A DNA stretch of 64,000 bases from Acutalibacteraceae bacterium (GTDB lineage: Bacteria > Bacillota > Clostridia > Oscillospirales > Acutalibacteraceae), in assembly GCA_045601905.1 (NCBI GenBank), contig JAZSAM010000040.1, positions 1,910 to 65,909 on the forward strand. The letters run 5' to 3'. Under the pieces are notes generated by a model. It worked only from the letters and a program-made list of their open reading frames with translations. It was not told the DNA's origin and ran no database searches. Below, one piece after another: positions 9,403-19,233 of the stretch. The position numbers and the translations under genes were made by a program. Within the stretch, counting starts at the first letter, position 1. Each line of letters opens with the position of its first letter.

Positions 9403-9756
9403 ATGAATATACAGATATACGGCACAAACAAGTGCTTTGACACCAAAAAAGCTCAAAGGCATTTCAAGGAACGAGGAATAAAGTTTCAGTTTGTTGACCT
9501 TTCCAAATACGGAATGAGTAAGGGTGAATACGAAAGCATCAAACGCAGTCTCGGCTGTAAGCTTGAAGACCTCGTAAATGAAAAAAGCAAGGCTTACGAA
9601 AAGTCATTTATAAAGTATCTTGCTTCTGAAGAAGCAAAGCTTGAAAAGCTTCTTGACAATCAGGAAATGTTCAGAACACCGATTGTACGTAACGGAAAAA
9701 AAGCAACACTGGGATATTGTCCCGATGAATGGAAAAAATGGGAGGATGAAAAATAA
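9403..9756 (+). CDS. ArsC/Spx-family protein (thioredoxin-like fold)
   Basis: MNIQIYGTNKCFDTKKAQRHFKERGIKFQFVDL is an N-terminus typical of the ArsC family. RBS is aaaggag. Confidence 0.8.
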   Translation: MNIQIYGTNKCFDTKKAQRHFKERGIKFQFVDLSKYGMSKGEYESIKRSLGCKLEDLVNEKSKAYEKSFIKYLASEEAKLEKLLDNQEMFRTPIVRNGKKATLGYCPDEWKKWEDEK

Positions 9757-9971
9757 TGGTAACACAGGAACAGATTGACAGAATCAATGTCCTTGCACGA
9801 AAGTCAAAGACACCCGAGGGACTTACCGAGGAAGAAAAGGCAGAACAGCAGAAATTAAGAAGGCTTTACATCGACTCCTTCAAGGAAAGCCTTGTCGGTC
9901 AGCTTGAAAACACTTACATTGTTGACGAAAAGGGCAACAAGCGTAAGGTTGAGCGTAAAGGAAAGAAATAA
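9756..9971 (+). CDS. DUF896 (UPF0291/YnzC-like) small protein
   Basis: IDRINVLARKSK...LTEEEKAEQQKLRRLYIDSFK closely resembles B. subtilis YnzC. The start overlaps the upstream stop as TAATG. Confidence 0.85.
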   Translation: MVTQEQIDRINVLARKSKTPEGLTEEEKAEQQKLRRLYIDSFKESLVGQLENTYIVDEKGNKRKVERKGKK

Positions 9972-9976
9972 ATCCT

Positions 9977-10016
9977 TTGATTACTTTCTTTCAAGAAAGT
10001 AATGCCATGCGGCGAG
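9977..10016 (+). repeat. repeat family D copy 1 (hairpin plus GCGGCGAG tail), terminator-like
   Basis: ttGATTACTTTCtttcaaGAAAGTAATgccatGCGGCGAG. Related copies lie at 19886-19929 (+) and 21013-21052 (-). Confidence 0.6.
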
Positions 10017-10154
10017 AAATAAGAAAAAACACACCGTCACCGTGATGATCACCTTTGACAGTGTGTTTTGTTTTTTACTTATCATATCAAGGGGATTTGC
10101 CCCTTGTACCCTATTAGCTTTTGAAAAAGCTCAAGCAAAACTTTTCTTGTTTTA

Positions 10155-12323
10155 TCAGAAGAAATCCTTTAGCAGATCAGCCATCGGATTGTTGTCCGGC
10201 TTACCCTTTTCTTCCTTCTGCTGTTTTTTCATATAGTTCATCACGTCAAACTTGTTTGCACCGCTGTCCTGCTTGCGCTTGTTGAAGTCGGAAAGGCGTT
10301 CACGGTAACCGCATTTGCAGGTGAAGAGCTTTTTGTCGCCCTCACCGCGAAGCTCGAGCTTTTTGTGACATTCGGGGCAGCGTGCATTTGTCACCTGAGT
10401 AAGTCCCTTACGGTAACCGCATTCTCTGTCCTGGCAGATGAGCATTTTACCCTTTTTGCCGTTAACCTCTAAAAGATACTTGCCGCAGACGGGACATTTG
10501 TCCTTGGTGGCATTTTCGTGGTTGTACTGTGCATCGGAGACAATTACCTTTGAAACAAGTGAGGTTGAGTATTCTCTCATTTCACCGATGAACTTCTTCA
10601 TGCTCTGCTTGCCTTTACTTATGTTCTGAAGCTGCTGCTCCCATTTAGCCGTGAGAGTAGCAGATTTGAGATCCTCGGGAACAATGCGTACGAGCTGCTT
10701 GCCCTTTGCCGTGGGATGAATTTCCTTGCCTACACGCTCGATTGAGAAGTTGTCGAAAAGCTTTTCGATGATGTCGGCTCTTGTTGCGGGCGTACCGAGA
10801 CCGCTTGTGGTTTCGATAACCGCCTTTAGAGTCTTGTCAGTAATCTGCTTTGAAGGGTTTTCCATTGCCGAAAGGAGAGTTGCTTCCGTGTAGCGTGCAG
10901 GAGGCTTGGTCTTTCCTTCGGTTATTTTTATGCCCTTTAAGGTGAGAGCCTGACCTTGCTTTAAGGGAGGCAGACTCTGTGCCTTGTCGTCACTGTCCTC
11001 ATCCTCGTCATCGTCAAGGCTTCCGTAAAATTCCTTCCAGCCCTGCTTAAGGGGAGTTTTCCCCTTGGCGTAAAAGCTGCCCTTGTCGGCGGCAATCTCA
11101 ACCTTGACCTCATCATACTCAAAGGGCTCGCTGAGAACAGCCATAAAGCGTCTTACAACAAGGTCATAAATGTTTCTTTCCTCGTAAGAAAGCTTCTGAA
11201 GGTTAGGACTTTGCTCTGTGGGTATGATTGCGTGGTGATCGGACACCTTTGCGTTATTCACAATGTATTTCGTTTCGATTCTGCCTCTTGCAAGCTTCAT
11301 TGCACTTGCCTGGTAGGGGCCTATTGCCATTGCACGAAGCCTTTCGGGAAGAGTTGCAACAATGTCATCGGTTATGTAACGTGAGTCTGTACGGGGGTAG
11401 GTAAGCACCTTGTGGTATTCGTAAAGACTCTGCATAAGTGAAAGCGTCTGCTTAGCTGAATAGCCGTACTTTTTGTTGGCATCACGCTGAAGCTCAGTCA
11501 GATCATAGGCGGCAGGAGGATTCTGCTTCTTTGTTGCCTTTTCGAGCTTTGTGACAGAGTAGTTTTTACCCTGAAGGCTCTTGTAAAGTCCTTCTGCAAA
11601 GCCTCTGTCTGAAAATCGGGTGTTACCCTTACTGTCTCTGTAGGTGGCCCTGAAGGCACCGAAATCTCCCTTTAAGCCGTAGTATGCCTTGGGTACAAAG
11701 GACTGAATCTCTTCCTCTCTCTGCACAATCATTGCAAGGGTAGGCGTCTGTACACGGCCTGCCGAAAGAGAGGCATTGTACTTGCAGGTCAGCGCTCTCG
11801 TGGTGTTGAGTCCAACGAGCCAGTCAGCCTCGGCACGTGCCTGGGCAGAATAGTAAAGGTTGTCGTATTCCTTTGCACTTTTAAGATTCTGAAAGCCCTC
11901 CCTGATGGCCTTGTCTGTCTGTGAGGAAATCCACAGACGGTATGCAGGTAATTTGCAGTGAGCCTTCATCATAATCCATCTTGCGACAAGCTCACCCTCA
12001 CGGCCTGCATCGGTTGCGATTACAAGCTTGTCAATGTCGGGACGCTTCATAAGAGCAGATACAATTCTGTATTGCTTTGAGGTCTGCTTTATTGTGACAA
12101 GCTTCATTTTTTCGGGAAGCATCGGCAGATCCTCAAGGCGCCACGCCTTGTATTTGTCGTCGTAAGCATCGGGGTCGGCGAGGGTTACAAGGTGTCCTAG
12201 CGCCCAGGTTACAACATATTTGTCACCGTTAATGCAGCCGTCACCCTTGCCCTTGCAGCCGAGCACTCTTGCAATATCTCTTGCTACGGAAGGCTTTTCC
12301 GCAAGCACTAATGTTTTTCCCAT
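10155..12323 (-). CDS. topB: DNA topoisomerase III with C-terminal zinc ribbons
   Basis: N-terminal Toprim sequence MGKTLVLAEKPSVARDIA, type IA core, and C-terminal CPVCG/CPEC zinc-ribbon motifs. Confidence 0.95.
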   Translation of the reverse strand: MGKTLVLAEKPSVARDIARVLGCKGKGDGCINGDKYVVTWALGHLVTLADPDAYDDKYKAWRLEDLPMLPEKMKLVTIKQTSKQYRIVSALMKRPDIDKLVIATDAGREGELVARWIMMKAHCKLPAYRLWISSQTDKAIREGFQNLKSAKEYDNLYYSAQARAEADWLVGLNTTRALTCKYNASLSAGRVQTPTLAMIVQREEEIQSFVPKAYYGLKGDFGAFRATYRDSKGNTRFSDRGFAEGLYKSLQGKNYSVTKLEKATKKQNPPAAYDLTELQRDANKKYGYSAKQTLSLMQSLYEYHKVLTYPRTDSRYITDDIVATLPERLRAMAIGPYQASAMKLARGRIETKYIVNNAKVSDHHAIIPTEQSPNLQKLSYEERNIYDLVVRRFMAVLSEPFEYDEVKVEIAADKGSFYAKGKTPLKQGWKEFYGSLDDDEDEDSDDKAQSLPPLKQGQALTLKGIKITEGKTKPPARYTEATLLSAMENPSKQITDKTLKAVIETTSGLGTPATRADIIEKLFDNFSIERVGKEIHPTAKGKQLVRIVPEDLKSATLTAKWEQQLQNISKGKQSMKKFIGEMREYSTSLVSKVIVSDAQYNHENATKDKCPVCGKYLLEVNGKKGKMLICQDRECGYRKGLTQVTNARCPECHKKLELRGEGDKKLFTCKCGYRERLSDFNKRKQDSGANKFDVMNYMKKQQKEEKGKPDNNPMADLLKDFF

Positions 12324-12424
12324 AATTTTACTCCTTTTTATTGGTAACAGTCATACACGGTGCAGTTGATTCTGTCGCTTGTCTGTCACCGTGTGCAATG
12401 TGAGGTCAGAAGCTTCTGAACGGA

Positions 12425-13687
12425 TTACTTAATTACCGAAAGACAGACGCATTCTGACTTGAAGCCGTCAGCGATTACCTTTTCCACATCCTCTTTTGTG
12501 ATTCTTTTATAAAGGTCAATTGTGTCAAAGATGCCGTAAAAGTTAAGATAAGCATCGCAGAGATTGTTTGCAAGGTCATTTACATCGTTGTAGGAGAAAA
12601 TTTCTGCACCGTACTTTTTCTTAAGGCACATGTCAAAATCCTCCTTTGAAACACCGTCTTTTCTGATGCGTTCAATTTCGCTGATGATTTCGTCTCTTAC
12701 CTTTTCGGGCTCCTTACTTTCACCGCTGAAAAGGACAGAGGAGAAGCCTCTTCCGGCAAAGTATTCTTTACCGAAGGCTGTGTTGATGAGACCTTCATCA
12801 AGAAGTCTCGTGTAAAGAGGGGAGAATTTACCTGCTATTATTTCAAGTGCAAGATTGTAAACGAGGGTTTCCTTTGGTGTGGGAACAAGTCCCGTAAGCT
12901 TTTCTTTAAAGCCGATTGCAAACTTCGGAGTTTCAACACCGAGCTTTTCTTCAGTATAAGTCATTTCAATGCCTTCGGGCTCTTCAGGGACAATCTGTTC
13001 AAACTCGACGGGCTCTTCGGTTTTAAGCACCTTGTCGGCAATTTTAATGACCTCTTCGGCACTTACATTACCTGCAACTGCAAGGCACATATTGGAATTA
13101 TTGTAGAAGGTTCTGTAGCAGGAGTAAAGAAGCTCTGCATTTATCTGAGCAATTGATTCAACTGTTCCTGCAATGTCAATTCTGACGGGATTTTTACTGT
13201 AAAGAGCACGAAGGAGATTGAAAAGCACCTGCCAGTCGGGATCATCCTGGTACATTCTGATTTCCTGACCGATGATGCCCTGCTCCTTTTGTACCGTTTC
13301 TTCGGTGAAATAGGGGGCTTTTACGAAGTCAAGAAGGATTTCAAGGTTTTCCTGCCAATTGTCGGAGCACTGGAAAATATAGCAGGTACGGTCAAAGGAT
13401 GTGAATGCGTTTGCGTTTGCACCGGTTTTGTTGAAGCGCTCAAAGGCGTCAAGCTCCTCACTTTCAAAAAGCTTGTGCTCAAGGAAGTGGGCAATGCCCT
13501 CGGGAACTGATGTGTAGCTTTCCTCTCCCTTAAGGCGGAAGCAGGTGTCAACACTGCCGTAGCGTGTGCCGAACATTGCAAAGGCTCCAGAATAATCGGG
13601 CTTTTCCATTACAAAAATTTTAAGACCGCTTTTATGATCAATCTCAAAGTATTCTTCGTCAAGAAGCTCGTTTCTTATCTTTTTCAT
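12425..13687 (-). CDS. M16 (pitrilysin) family zinc peptidase, active-type subunit
   Basis: HFLEHKLFE is an HxxEH inverted zincin motif. The start overlaps the upstream M16 paralogue by 4 nt. Confidence 0.9.
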   Translation of the reverse strand: MKKIRNELLDEEYFEIDHKSGLKIFVMEKPDYSGAFAMFGTRYGSVDTCFRLKGEESYTSVPEGIAHFLEHKLFESEELDAFERFNKTGANANAFTSFDRTCYIFQCSDNWQENLEILLDFVKAPYFTEETVQKEQGIIGQEIRMYQDDPDWQVLFNLLRALYSKNPVRIDIAGTVESIAQINAELLYSCYRTFYNNSNMCLAVAGNVSAEEVIKIADKVLKTEEPVEFEQIVPEEPEGIEMTYTEEKLGVETPKFAIGFKEKLTGLVPTPKETLVYNLALEIIAGKFSPLYTRLLDEGLINTAFGKEYFAGRGFSSVLFSGESKEPEKVRDEIISEIERIRKDGVSKEDFDMCLKKKYGAEIFSYNDVNDLANNLCDAYLNFYGIFDTIDLYKRITKEDVEKVIADGFKSECVCLSVIK

Positions 13688-14961
13688 TCGGCATCCTCCT
13701 TTTCACTTTCGAGTATGAACACGGTATCCTCTGTTACCATAGAGGCGGCAAGGATGATTTCCTCGCGACAGACGGCATTGATGCTTTCAGCGTAGTCCGA
13801 AGGCTCCGTAAGCTCATTTTTGTTGCAGCAGGAGGTCATCCAGTCGTTGATGCTCATAACGCTGTCGTAAACGCTGCCGTAAAGGTCTGAAAGGCTTCGT
13901 TTGGCATTTTCGATTGTTTCGTCGGTGAAGTTACCCTTTCTCACCTCATCAAGCTCGTTGCGGATGGCATTAAGAGCCTTTTCTGCGTTTTCGGTTTCAA
14001 CACCGCTTTCAACGGTGATGATTCCCTTGTTGCTGTCGAGTCTTGCGGCACAGTAATAGCAAAGGCTCATTTTTTCTCTGACATTCATAAAGAGCTTTGA
14101 GAAGGTGCCGCTTCCGAAAATGGCATTCATCAGCTTGATTGCAGGGAAGTTGTCACCCTCCCAGGTCATACCTGCACGCATACCGATAACTAGCTTGCCC
14201 TGCTTGACAGGCTGCTTTTCGGTGAAGGTGCGGCTTTCGTAGGACTCTGTGAGAAACTCAGTATGCACCTCAAGAATGCTTTCCTTCTTTCTTTCAAGGG
14301 GAGAGAAAAGAGCCGAGAGTGTTTCTTCAATTTTCTTTTCGTCAAAGCTACCCGTAACATTGACCTGAATAGGAGCTTTGAAAAGGATGTCCTTCCAGAT
14401 TGAAAGAAGCTCCTTACCCGTTGCCTCTTCGATTTCCTCTTTTGTGCCGAGTCGGTGAGCACCGTAAAGCTCATCACGACACATTTCCTTTATCATTGTG
14501 TTGAGAGCGTAAATTCTCTTGTCGTCCTTCTCACTGTCAATTTTTTCCTTGAGAAGTCGTTTTTCTCTTTTCAGGTTTTCTTCCTTAAAGCCCTCGGGGG
14601 TAATGTCAGGCATAAAAAGACAGCCTGAAAGCAGACGGATGCCTTCTTCAAGGATTTTTTCATTTTCAAGAGAGAATCTGTCATCGAGGCAGATAAGTAC
14701 AAGTGACAGCACCTGAGCCTCACCGATTTTTCTGACAGAGGGAGAAATTATTGCACCGTAAAGCTCGGCAAGACGGCGATTCATTGCGGTAATTGTGGGA
14801 TAAGCCTTGCACGTCCTTGCAAGCAGATTTAAAAGAAGAGCCTTTTTACCCGGATTTTCACCGAGATCTGTTACTATGTTGAAGGATACAACCGAGGTCT
14901 TGAACTGTTCTGTTTTATGGGTACAGAGTCTGACACCCGGTGCGATTGTTTTACTGAGCAT
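13684..14961 (-). CDS. M16-family peptidase paralogue lacking HxxEH (non-catalytic partner)
   Basis: M16-like length and architecture with no HxxEH motif. Translationally coupled to 12425-13687. RBS is ggagg. Confidence 0.8.
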   Translation of the reverse strand: MLSKTIAPGVRLCTHKTEQFKTSVVSFNIVTDLGENPGKKALLLNLLARTCKAYPTITAMNRRLAELYGAIISPSVRKIGEAQVLSLVLICLDDRFSLENEKILEEGIRLLSGCLFMPDITPEGFKEENLKREKRLLKEKIDSEKDDKRIYALNTMIKEMCRDELYGAHRLGTKEEIEEATGKELLSIWKDILFKAPIQVNVTGSFDEKKIEETLSALFSPLERKKESILEVHTEFLTESYESRTFTEKQPVKQGKLVIGMRAGMTWEGDNFPAIKLMNAIFGSGTFSKLFMNVREKMSLCYYCAARLDSNKGIITVESGVETENAEKALNAIRNELDEVRKGNFTDETIENAKRSLSDLYGSVYDSVMSINDWMTSCCNKNELTEPSDYAESINAVCREEIILAASMVTEDTVFILESEKEDAE

Positions 14962-15031
14962 AGAGCACCTCCGTATAAAGCTTTTAACCTTTATATTGTA
15001 TCACAAACAGAGGGTGATATGCAATAAGTAA

Positions 15032-15793
15032 TCACATACTGATTGCCCAGATATTGCGTATTTCATCTGAAAATTCACTGAATGACCAGAGCTTTTCGCT
15101 TCTTATGATGCTGTTAGGATCGTTTATCTTATATTTTCCGTCTTTGTAATCACAAAGAACAATAAAATGTCCCGATGAGGTGAAGTTTCCCGGTCCCATA
15201 ATCAGTATAACGGGGTTTCCTTTCTCGAGATTTTCAATGATGATATTCTCCGACAATGGTAGTATTTCTGATTCAAGTCCGAGTTTTTCAGCTCCTTCAC
15301 TCATTAAAAGCCAATCTGAACCGCCGTTTTTTATACAGTAGCCGTTTTTTATTGAAAAATCAATTACTTTATCCGGTGAAAAAGTGTCTTCTTTACGGGT
15401 AAGATAATAGCCGGCCATGCTGAGACAGACGGGACCGCAACCCGAAATTCCTACACACTCTCCGCCGTAATCCATATAACCCCAGCGTTTGTCCCACTGC
15501 AGAAAGAGCGGAACTTCATCGGAGTTTTCATATTCGGACAAATCTATTGTATGCTCAATATCTTTTTCTTTTCTGTATGAGACTGCAAAGTCTCTTGCTT
15601 CCTCGTTTTTTCTGTAAAGCTCAATAATTTCTTCGGGATAGTCGTAATCAATCATTGCTTTTATCATAGGATCATAGTTATCCGGCTCATTTTCATTTTT
15701 AAATAACATACATCCGACAATTATTACGGCAAGAAGAATAATAATCGAAATAATGGCAGATTTTTTTATTCGTTTTTTTGAAGCTCTTTTCAT
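15032..15793 (-). CDS. membrane-anchored C39-like (papain-fold) cysteine peptidase domain protein
   Basis: WDKRWGYMDYGG...ISGCGPVCLSMAGYY and SSGHFIVL motifs. Start moved to the ATG at 15793, after ggagg. Confidence 0.72.
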   Translation of the reverse strand: MKRASKKRIKKSAIISIIILLAVIIVGCMLFKNENEPDNYDPMIKAMIDYDYPEEIIELYRKNEEARDFAVSYRKEKDIEHTIDLSEYENSDEVPLFLQWDKRWGYMDYGGECVGISGCGPVCLSMAGYYLTRKEDTFSPDKVIDFSIKNGYCIKNGGSDWLLMSEGAEKLGLESEILPLSENIIIENLEKGNPVILIMGPGNFTSSGHFIVLCDYKDGKYKINDPNSIIRSEKLWSFSEFSDEIRNIWAISM

Positions 15794-15998
15794 AAAGCGT
15801 CCTCCGTTTATGTTTTTAAACATAGTAGCATCGCAGGCGCATAAAGGGAATGATAATAACTGAAAAGAAAGATAAAAGAAACTGTTCTGTAATTGTTTTT
15901 ATAAAATTGAAATAAAGTTTTCTATCTCAATGTTATATTTCAGCCACTCACACTATTTTTCACAATATTTTTCTTTCTTTTTGTGCAAAGAGTCAAAA

Positions 15999-16014
15999 AC
16001 ACAAAATGTTGTGG
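15999..16014 (+). promoter_or_regulatory. candidate NrdR box
   Basis: ACACAAAATGTTGTGG matches about 13 of 16 positions of the acaCwAtATaTwGtgt palindrome and abuts the -35 of the nrdD promoter. I found no convincing second box. Confidence 0.3.
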
Positions 16015-16021
16015 TTTAATA

Positions 16022-16050
16022 TTGACTTGATACTAAATATGCTATATAAT
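16022..16050 (+). promoter_or_regulatory. sigma-A-like promoter for nrdDG
   Basis: TTGACT, 17-nt spacer, TATAAT. Confidence 0.55.
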
Positions 16051-16090
16051 TAAAATCCACCACAAAAAAACAGCCGAAAGGAGAATATAT

Positions 16091-18217
16091 ATGAAGGTTA
16101 TAAAAAGAGACGGAACAATTGTTGATTTTGACCGTAGTAAAATAATCATCGCTCTTTCAAAAGCAAACGATGCCGTTGAGGAAAATGAAAGAATCACAGA
16201 AGCTCAGATGGACAGCATTGCCGATTTTATCACAGATAAAAAGAAGGACAGAATTCTCGTCGAGGACATTCAGGATGCCGTCGAAATGAAGCTTATGGAG
16301 CTTGGTAAGTACGCTCTTTCCAAGGCTTACATAATTTACCGTTACAACAGAGCACTTGTAAGAAAGGCTAATACCACCGATGATTCCATTTTAAGCCTTA
16401 TCAAAAACTCCAATAAGGATGTTATGGAGGAAAACTCCAATAAGGATGCCGTTATGGCGGCAACTCAGCGTGACCTTATTGCAGGTGAGGTCAGCAAGGA
16501 CCTTACAAGAAGAATGCTTCTTCCCGAGCACATTTCAAAGGCACACGATGAGGGTGCAATCCACTTCCACGATGCCGATTACTTCCTTCAGCCGATTTTT
16601 AACTGCTGCCTTATCAATATCGGTGATATGCTCGACAACGGCACGGTTATGAATGCAAAGCTTATCGAAAGCCCCAAAAGCTTCCAGGTTGCCTGCAATG
16701 TTATGACGCAGATTATCGCTTCCGTTGCTTCAAGTCAGTACGGCGGACAGTCCGTTGATGTAAGCCATCTCGGCAAATATCTCAGAAAAAGCCGTGACAA
16801 GTTCACAAAGCACCTGACAGAAGCCTTCGGTGAGGAATTCACAAAAGAAGAAATCGATAAAATTGTTGCAGACCGTTTGCAGGATGAGCTTCGTTCAGGC
16901 GTGCAGACAATTCAGTATCAGATCAACACTCTTATGACAACAAACGGTCAGTCACCCTTTGTTACAATTTTCCTTAACCTTAAGGAGGGTGACGAATACA
17001 TTGAAGAAAACGCAATGATCGTTGAAGAAATTCTCCGTCAGCGTTACGAGGGCATCAAAAACGAAAAGGGTGTTTATGTCACACCTGCCTTCCCGAAGCT
17101 TGTTTATGTTCTTGACGAGCATAACTGTCTTAAGGGCGGAAAGTACGATTACATCACAAAGCTCGCAGTAAAGTGCTCTGCAAAGAGACTTTACCCCGAT
17201 TACATCTCTGCAAAGAAGATGCGTGAAAATTACGAAGGCAATGTTTTCTCACCTATGGGCTGCCGTAGCTTCCTTTCTCCCTGGAAGGACGAAAACGGAA
17301 ACTACAAATTCGAAGGCCGTTTCAACCAGGGTGTGGTTTCCCTTAATCTTCCTCAGCTCGGTATTCTCGCAAAGGGCGACGAAGAAAAGTTCTGGGAGCT
17401 TCTTGAGGACAGACTTTCACTTTGCTTTGAGGCTCTTATGTGTCGTCATGAGGCTTTACACAAGGTCATTTCCGATACAAGCCCCGTTCATTGGCGTTAC
17501 GGTGCAATTGCGAGACTTGAGAAGGGTGAAAGCATTGAAAGATTCCTTCACGACGGCTACAGCACAATTTCTCTCGGCTACATCGGACTTTACGAGCTTA
17601 CAAAGCTTGTCAAGGGTGTAAGCCATACTCAGCCCGAAGGCACCGAATTTGCACTTAAGGTAATGAAGAGCCTTCGTGAGCACTGTGAAAAATGGAAGAA
17701 GGAGACAGGTCTCGGCTTCGGACTTTACGGCACTCCTGCCGAAAGTCTCTGCTACCGCTTTGCAAGAGTTGACAAGAAGCGCTTCGGCACAATTGAGGAT
17801 GTGACCGACAAGGGCTACTACACAAACTCCTACCATGTTGATGTGCGTGAGGACATTGATGCTTTCACAAAGTTTACCTTCGAAAGTCAGTTCCAGACAA
17901 TTTCCTCAGGCGGTGCGATTTCCTATGTTGAAATTCCCAATATGAGACACAACCTTGAGGCTCTTGAGGAGCTTGTCAGATTCATTTACGATAACATTCA
18001 GTATGCCGAATTCAACACGAAGAGTGACTATTGTCATTGCTGCGGTTATGACGGTGAAATCAAAATCAATGATGACCTTGAGTGGGAGTGCCCCTCCTGC
18101 GGAAACAAGGATCAGAGAAAAATGAACGTTACAAGAAGAACCTGCGGTTATCTTGGCGAAAATTTCTGGAATGTAGGCAAGACAAAAGAGATCAAAGCAA
18201 GAGTACTGCATTTATAA
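16091..18217 (+). CDS. nrdD: anaerobic ribonucleoside-triphosphate reductase (class III)
   Basis: N-terminal ATP-cone (MKVIKRDGTIVDFD), C-terminal CxxC zinc site and the glycyl-radical motif RRTCGYLG. Confidence 0.97.
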   Translation: MKVIKRDGTIVDFDRSKIIIALSKANDAVEENERITEAQMDSIADFITDKKKDRILVEDIQDAVEMKLMELGKYALSKAYIIYRYNRALVRKANTTDDSILSLIKNSNKDVMEENSNKDAVMAATQRDLIAGEVSKDLTRRMLLPEHISKAHDEGAIHFHDADYFLQPIFNCCLINIGDMLDNGTVMNAKLIESPKSFQVACNVMTQIIASVASSQYGGQSVDVSHLGKYLRKSRDKFTKHLTEAFGEEFTKEEIDKIVADRLQDELRSGVQTIQYQINTLMTTNGQSPFVTIFLNLKEGDEYIEENAMIVEEILRQRYEGIKNEKGVYVTPAFPKLVYVLDEHNCLKGGKYDYITKLAVKCSAKRLYPDYISAKKMRENYEGNVFSPMGCRSFLSPWKDENGNYKFEGRFNQGVVSLNLPQLGILAKGDEEKFWELLEDRLSLCFEALMCRHEALHKVISDTSPVHWRYGAIARLEKGESIERFLHDGYSTISLGYIGLYELTKLVKGVSHTQPEGTEFALKVMKSLREHCEKWKKETGLGFGLYGTPAESLCYRFARVDKKRFGTIEDVTDKGYYTNSYHVDVREDIDAFTKFTFESQFQTISSGGAISYVEIPNMRHNLEALEELVRFIYDNIQYAEFNTKSDYCHCCGYDGEIKINDDLEWECPSCGNKDQRKMNVTRRTCGYLGENFWNVGKTKEIKARVLHL

Positions 18218-18263
18218 TTTATGGTTTAATAACATTTGGCCCCCGGCCCTCTCGAGGTACATT

Positions 18264-18800
18264 ATGAACTATGCAACAATCAAGCCCTTCGATGTGGCAA
18301 ACGGTCCCGGCGTGAGAGTTTCCCTTTTCGTTTCGGGCTGTACACACCGATGTAAGGGATGCTTCAATGAGGAAGCGTGGGATTTTTCCTACGGTGAGGA
18401 ATTCACCTGTGCCGAGGAAGAAAAAATCCTTGAGGCACTTGCACCGGATTATATAAAAGGCTTTTCACTTCTCGGCGGTGAGCCCTTTGAGCCGAGAAAT
18501 CAGGCTGTGCTTTGTGATTTTCTCCCGAAGATAAAAGAAAAATATCCCCTTAAGGACATCTGGTGTTACACGGGATACGATTTTGAAAAAGATTTGATTT
18601 CGGGCAGATTATGTGATAAAATGATTACCGAAAGGATGCTTTCCTGTATTGACATTCTCGTTGACGGAAAATTTATCGAAGAAAAGAAAAATCTTAAGCT
18701 TCGGTTTAAAGGCTCGGAAAATCAGCGGATAATTGATGTTAAGAAATCCTTGCAGGAAAACAGAGTTATTCTTTGGGAAGGTGACACAAATGCAGTATGA
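18264..18800 (+). CDS. nrdG: anaerobic RNR activating radical-SAM protein
   Basis: CTHRCKGCFN cluster motif. Lies immediately downstream of nrdD. Confidence 0.95.
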   Translation: MNYATIKPFDVANGPGVRVSLFVSGCTHRCKGCFNEEAWDFSYGEEFTCAEEEKILEALAPDYIKGFSLLGGEPFEPRNQAVLCDFLPKIKEKYPLKDIWCYTGYDFEKDLISGRLCDKMITERMLSCIDILVDGKFIEEKKNLKLRFKGSENQRIIDVKKSLQENRVILWEGDTNAV

Positions 18801-19233
18801 TGTAAAAATAAAAAAGCTCAGAGAAAATGCAATTGTCCCCACTTACGGCACAGAGTTTGCCGCAGGTGCTGACCTTTATGCAGCTCTTGATGAGGCTGTT
18901 ACAATTGAACCCGGTGAAACGAAATTCATCCCCACAGGCTTTGCCTTTGAAATTCCCACAGGCTATGCAGGCTTCGTTTATGCAAGAAGCGGACTTGCCA
19001 CAAAAAGAGGTCTTGCACCTGCCAATAAGGTTGGTGTAATTGACTCGGATTACAGAGGCGAGGTGATGACCGCGCTTCACAATCACGGTAAAGAGGCACA
19101 GACAATCGAGCCGGGGGAAAGAATTGCACAGATGGTAATTGCTCCCTATATCACGGCAAATTTCATCCTTGCAGATGAGCTTGATGATACAGTAAGAGGA
19201 GAGGGCGGCTTCGGCTCAACGGGTAGAAAATAA
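18790..19233 (+). CDS. dut: dUTP diphosphatase
   Basis: AAGADLYA...GVIDSDYRGE...ERIAQ...RGEGGFGSTG. Start moved to ATG 18790, which overlaps the nrdG end by 11 nt. Confidence 0.93.
   Translation: MQYDVKIKKLRENAIVPTYGTEFAAGADLYAALDEAVTIEPGETKFIPTGFAFEIPTGYAGFVYARSGLATKRGLAPANKVGVIDSDYRGEVMTALHNHGKEAQTIEPGERIAQMVIAPYITANFILADELDDTVRGEGGFGSTGRK

Noticed and set aside
12340-12420. Hairpins between the M16 peptidase gene and topB (TCAGAAGCTTCTGA palindrome; ACACGGTG...CACCGTGT)
   Set aside because: No T-run follows either stem on the transcribed strand. I could not support a terminator or a riboswitch call.
15949-15964. A second NrdR box (ACACTATTTTTCACAA) upstream of nrdD
   Set aside because: Only the left half-site matches, and the spacing to the better box at 15999-16014 (about 50 nt) is not the usual ~31-32 nt.
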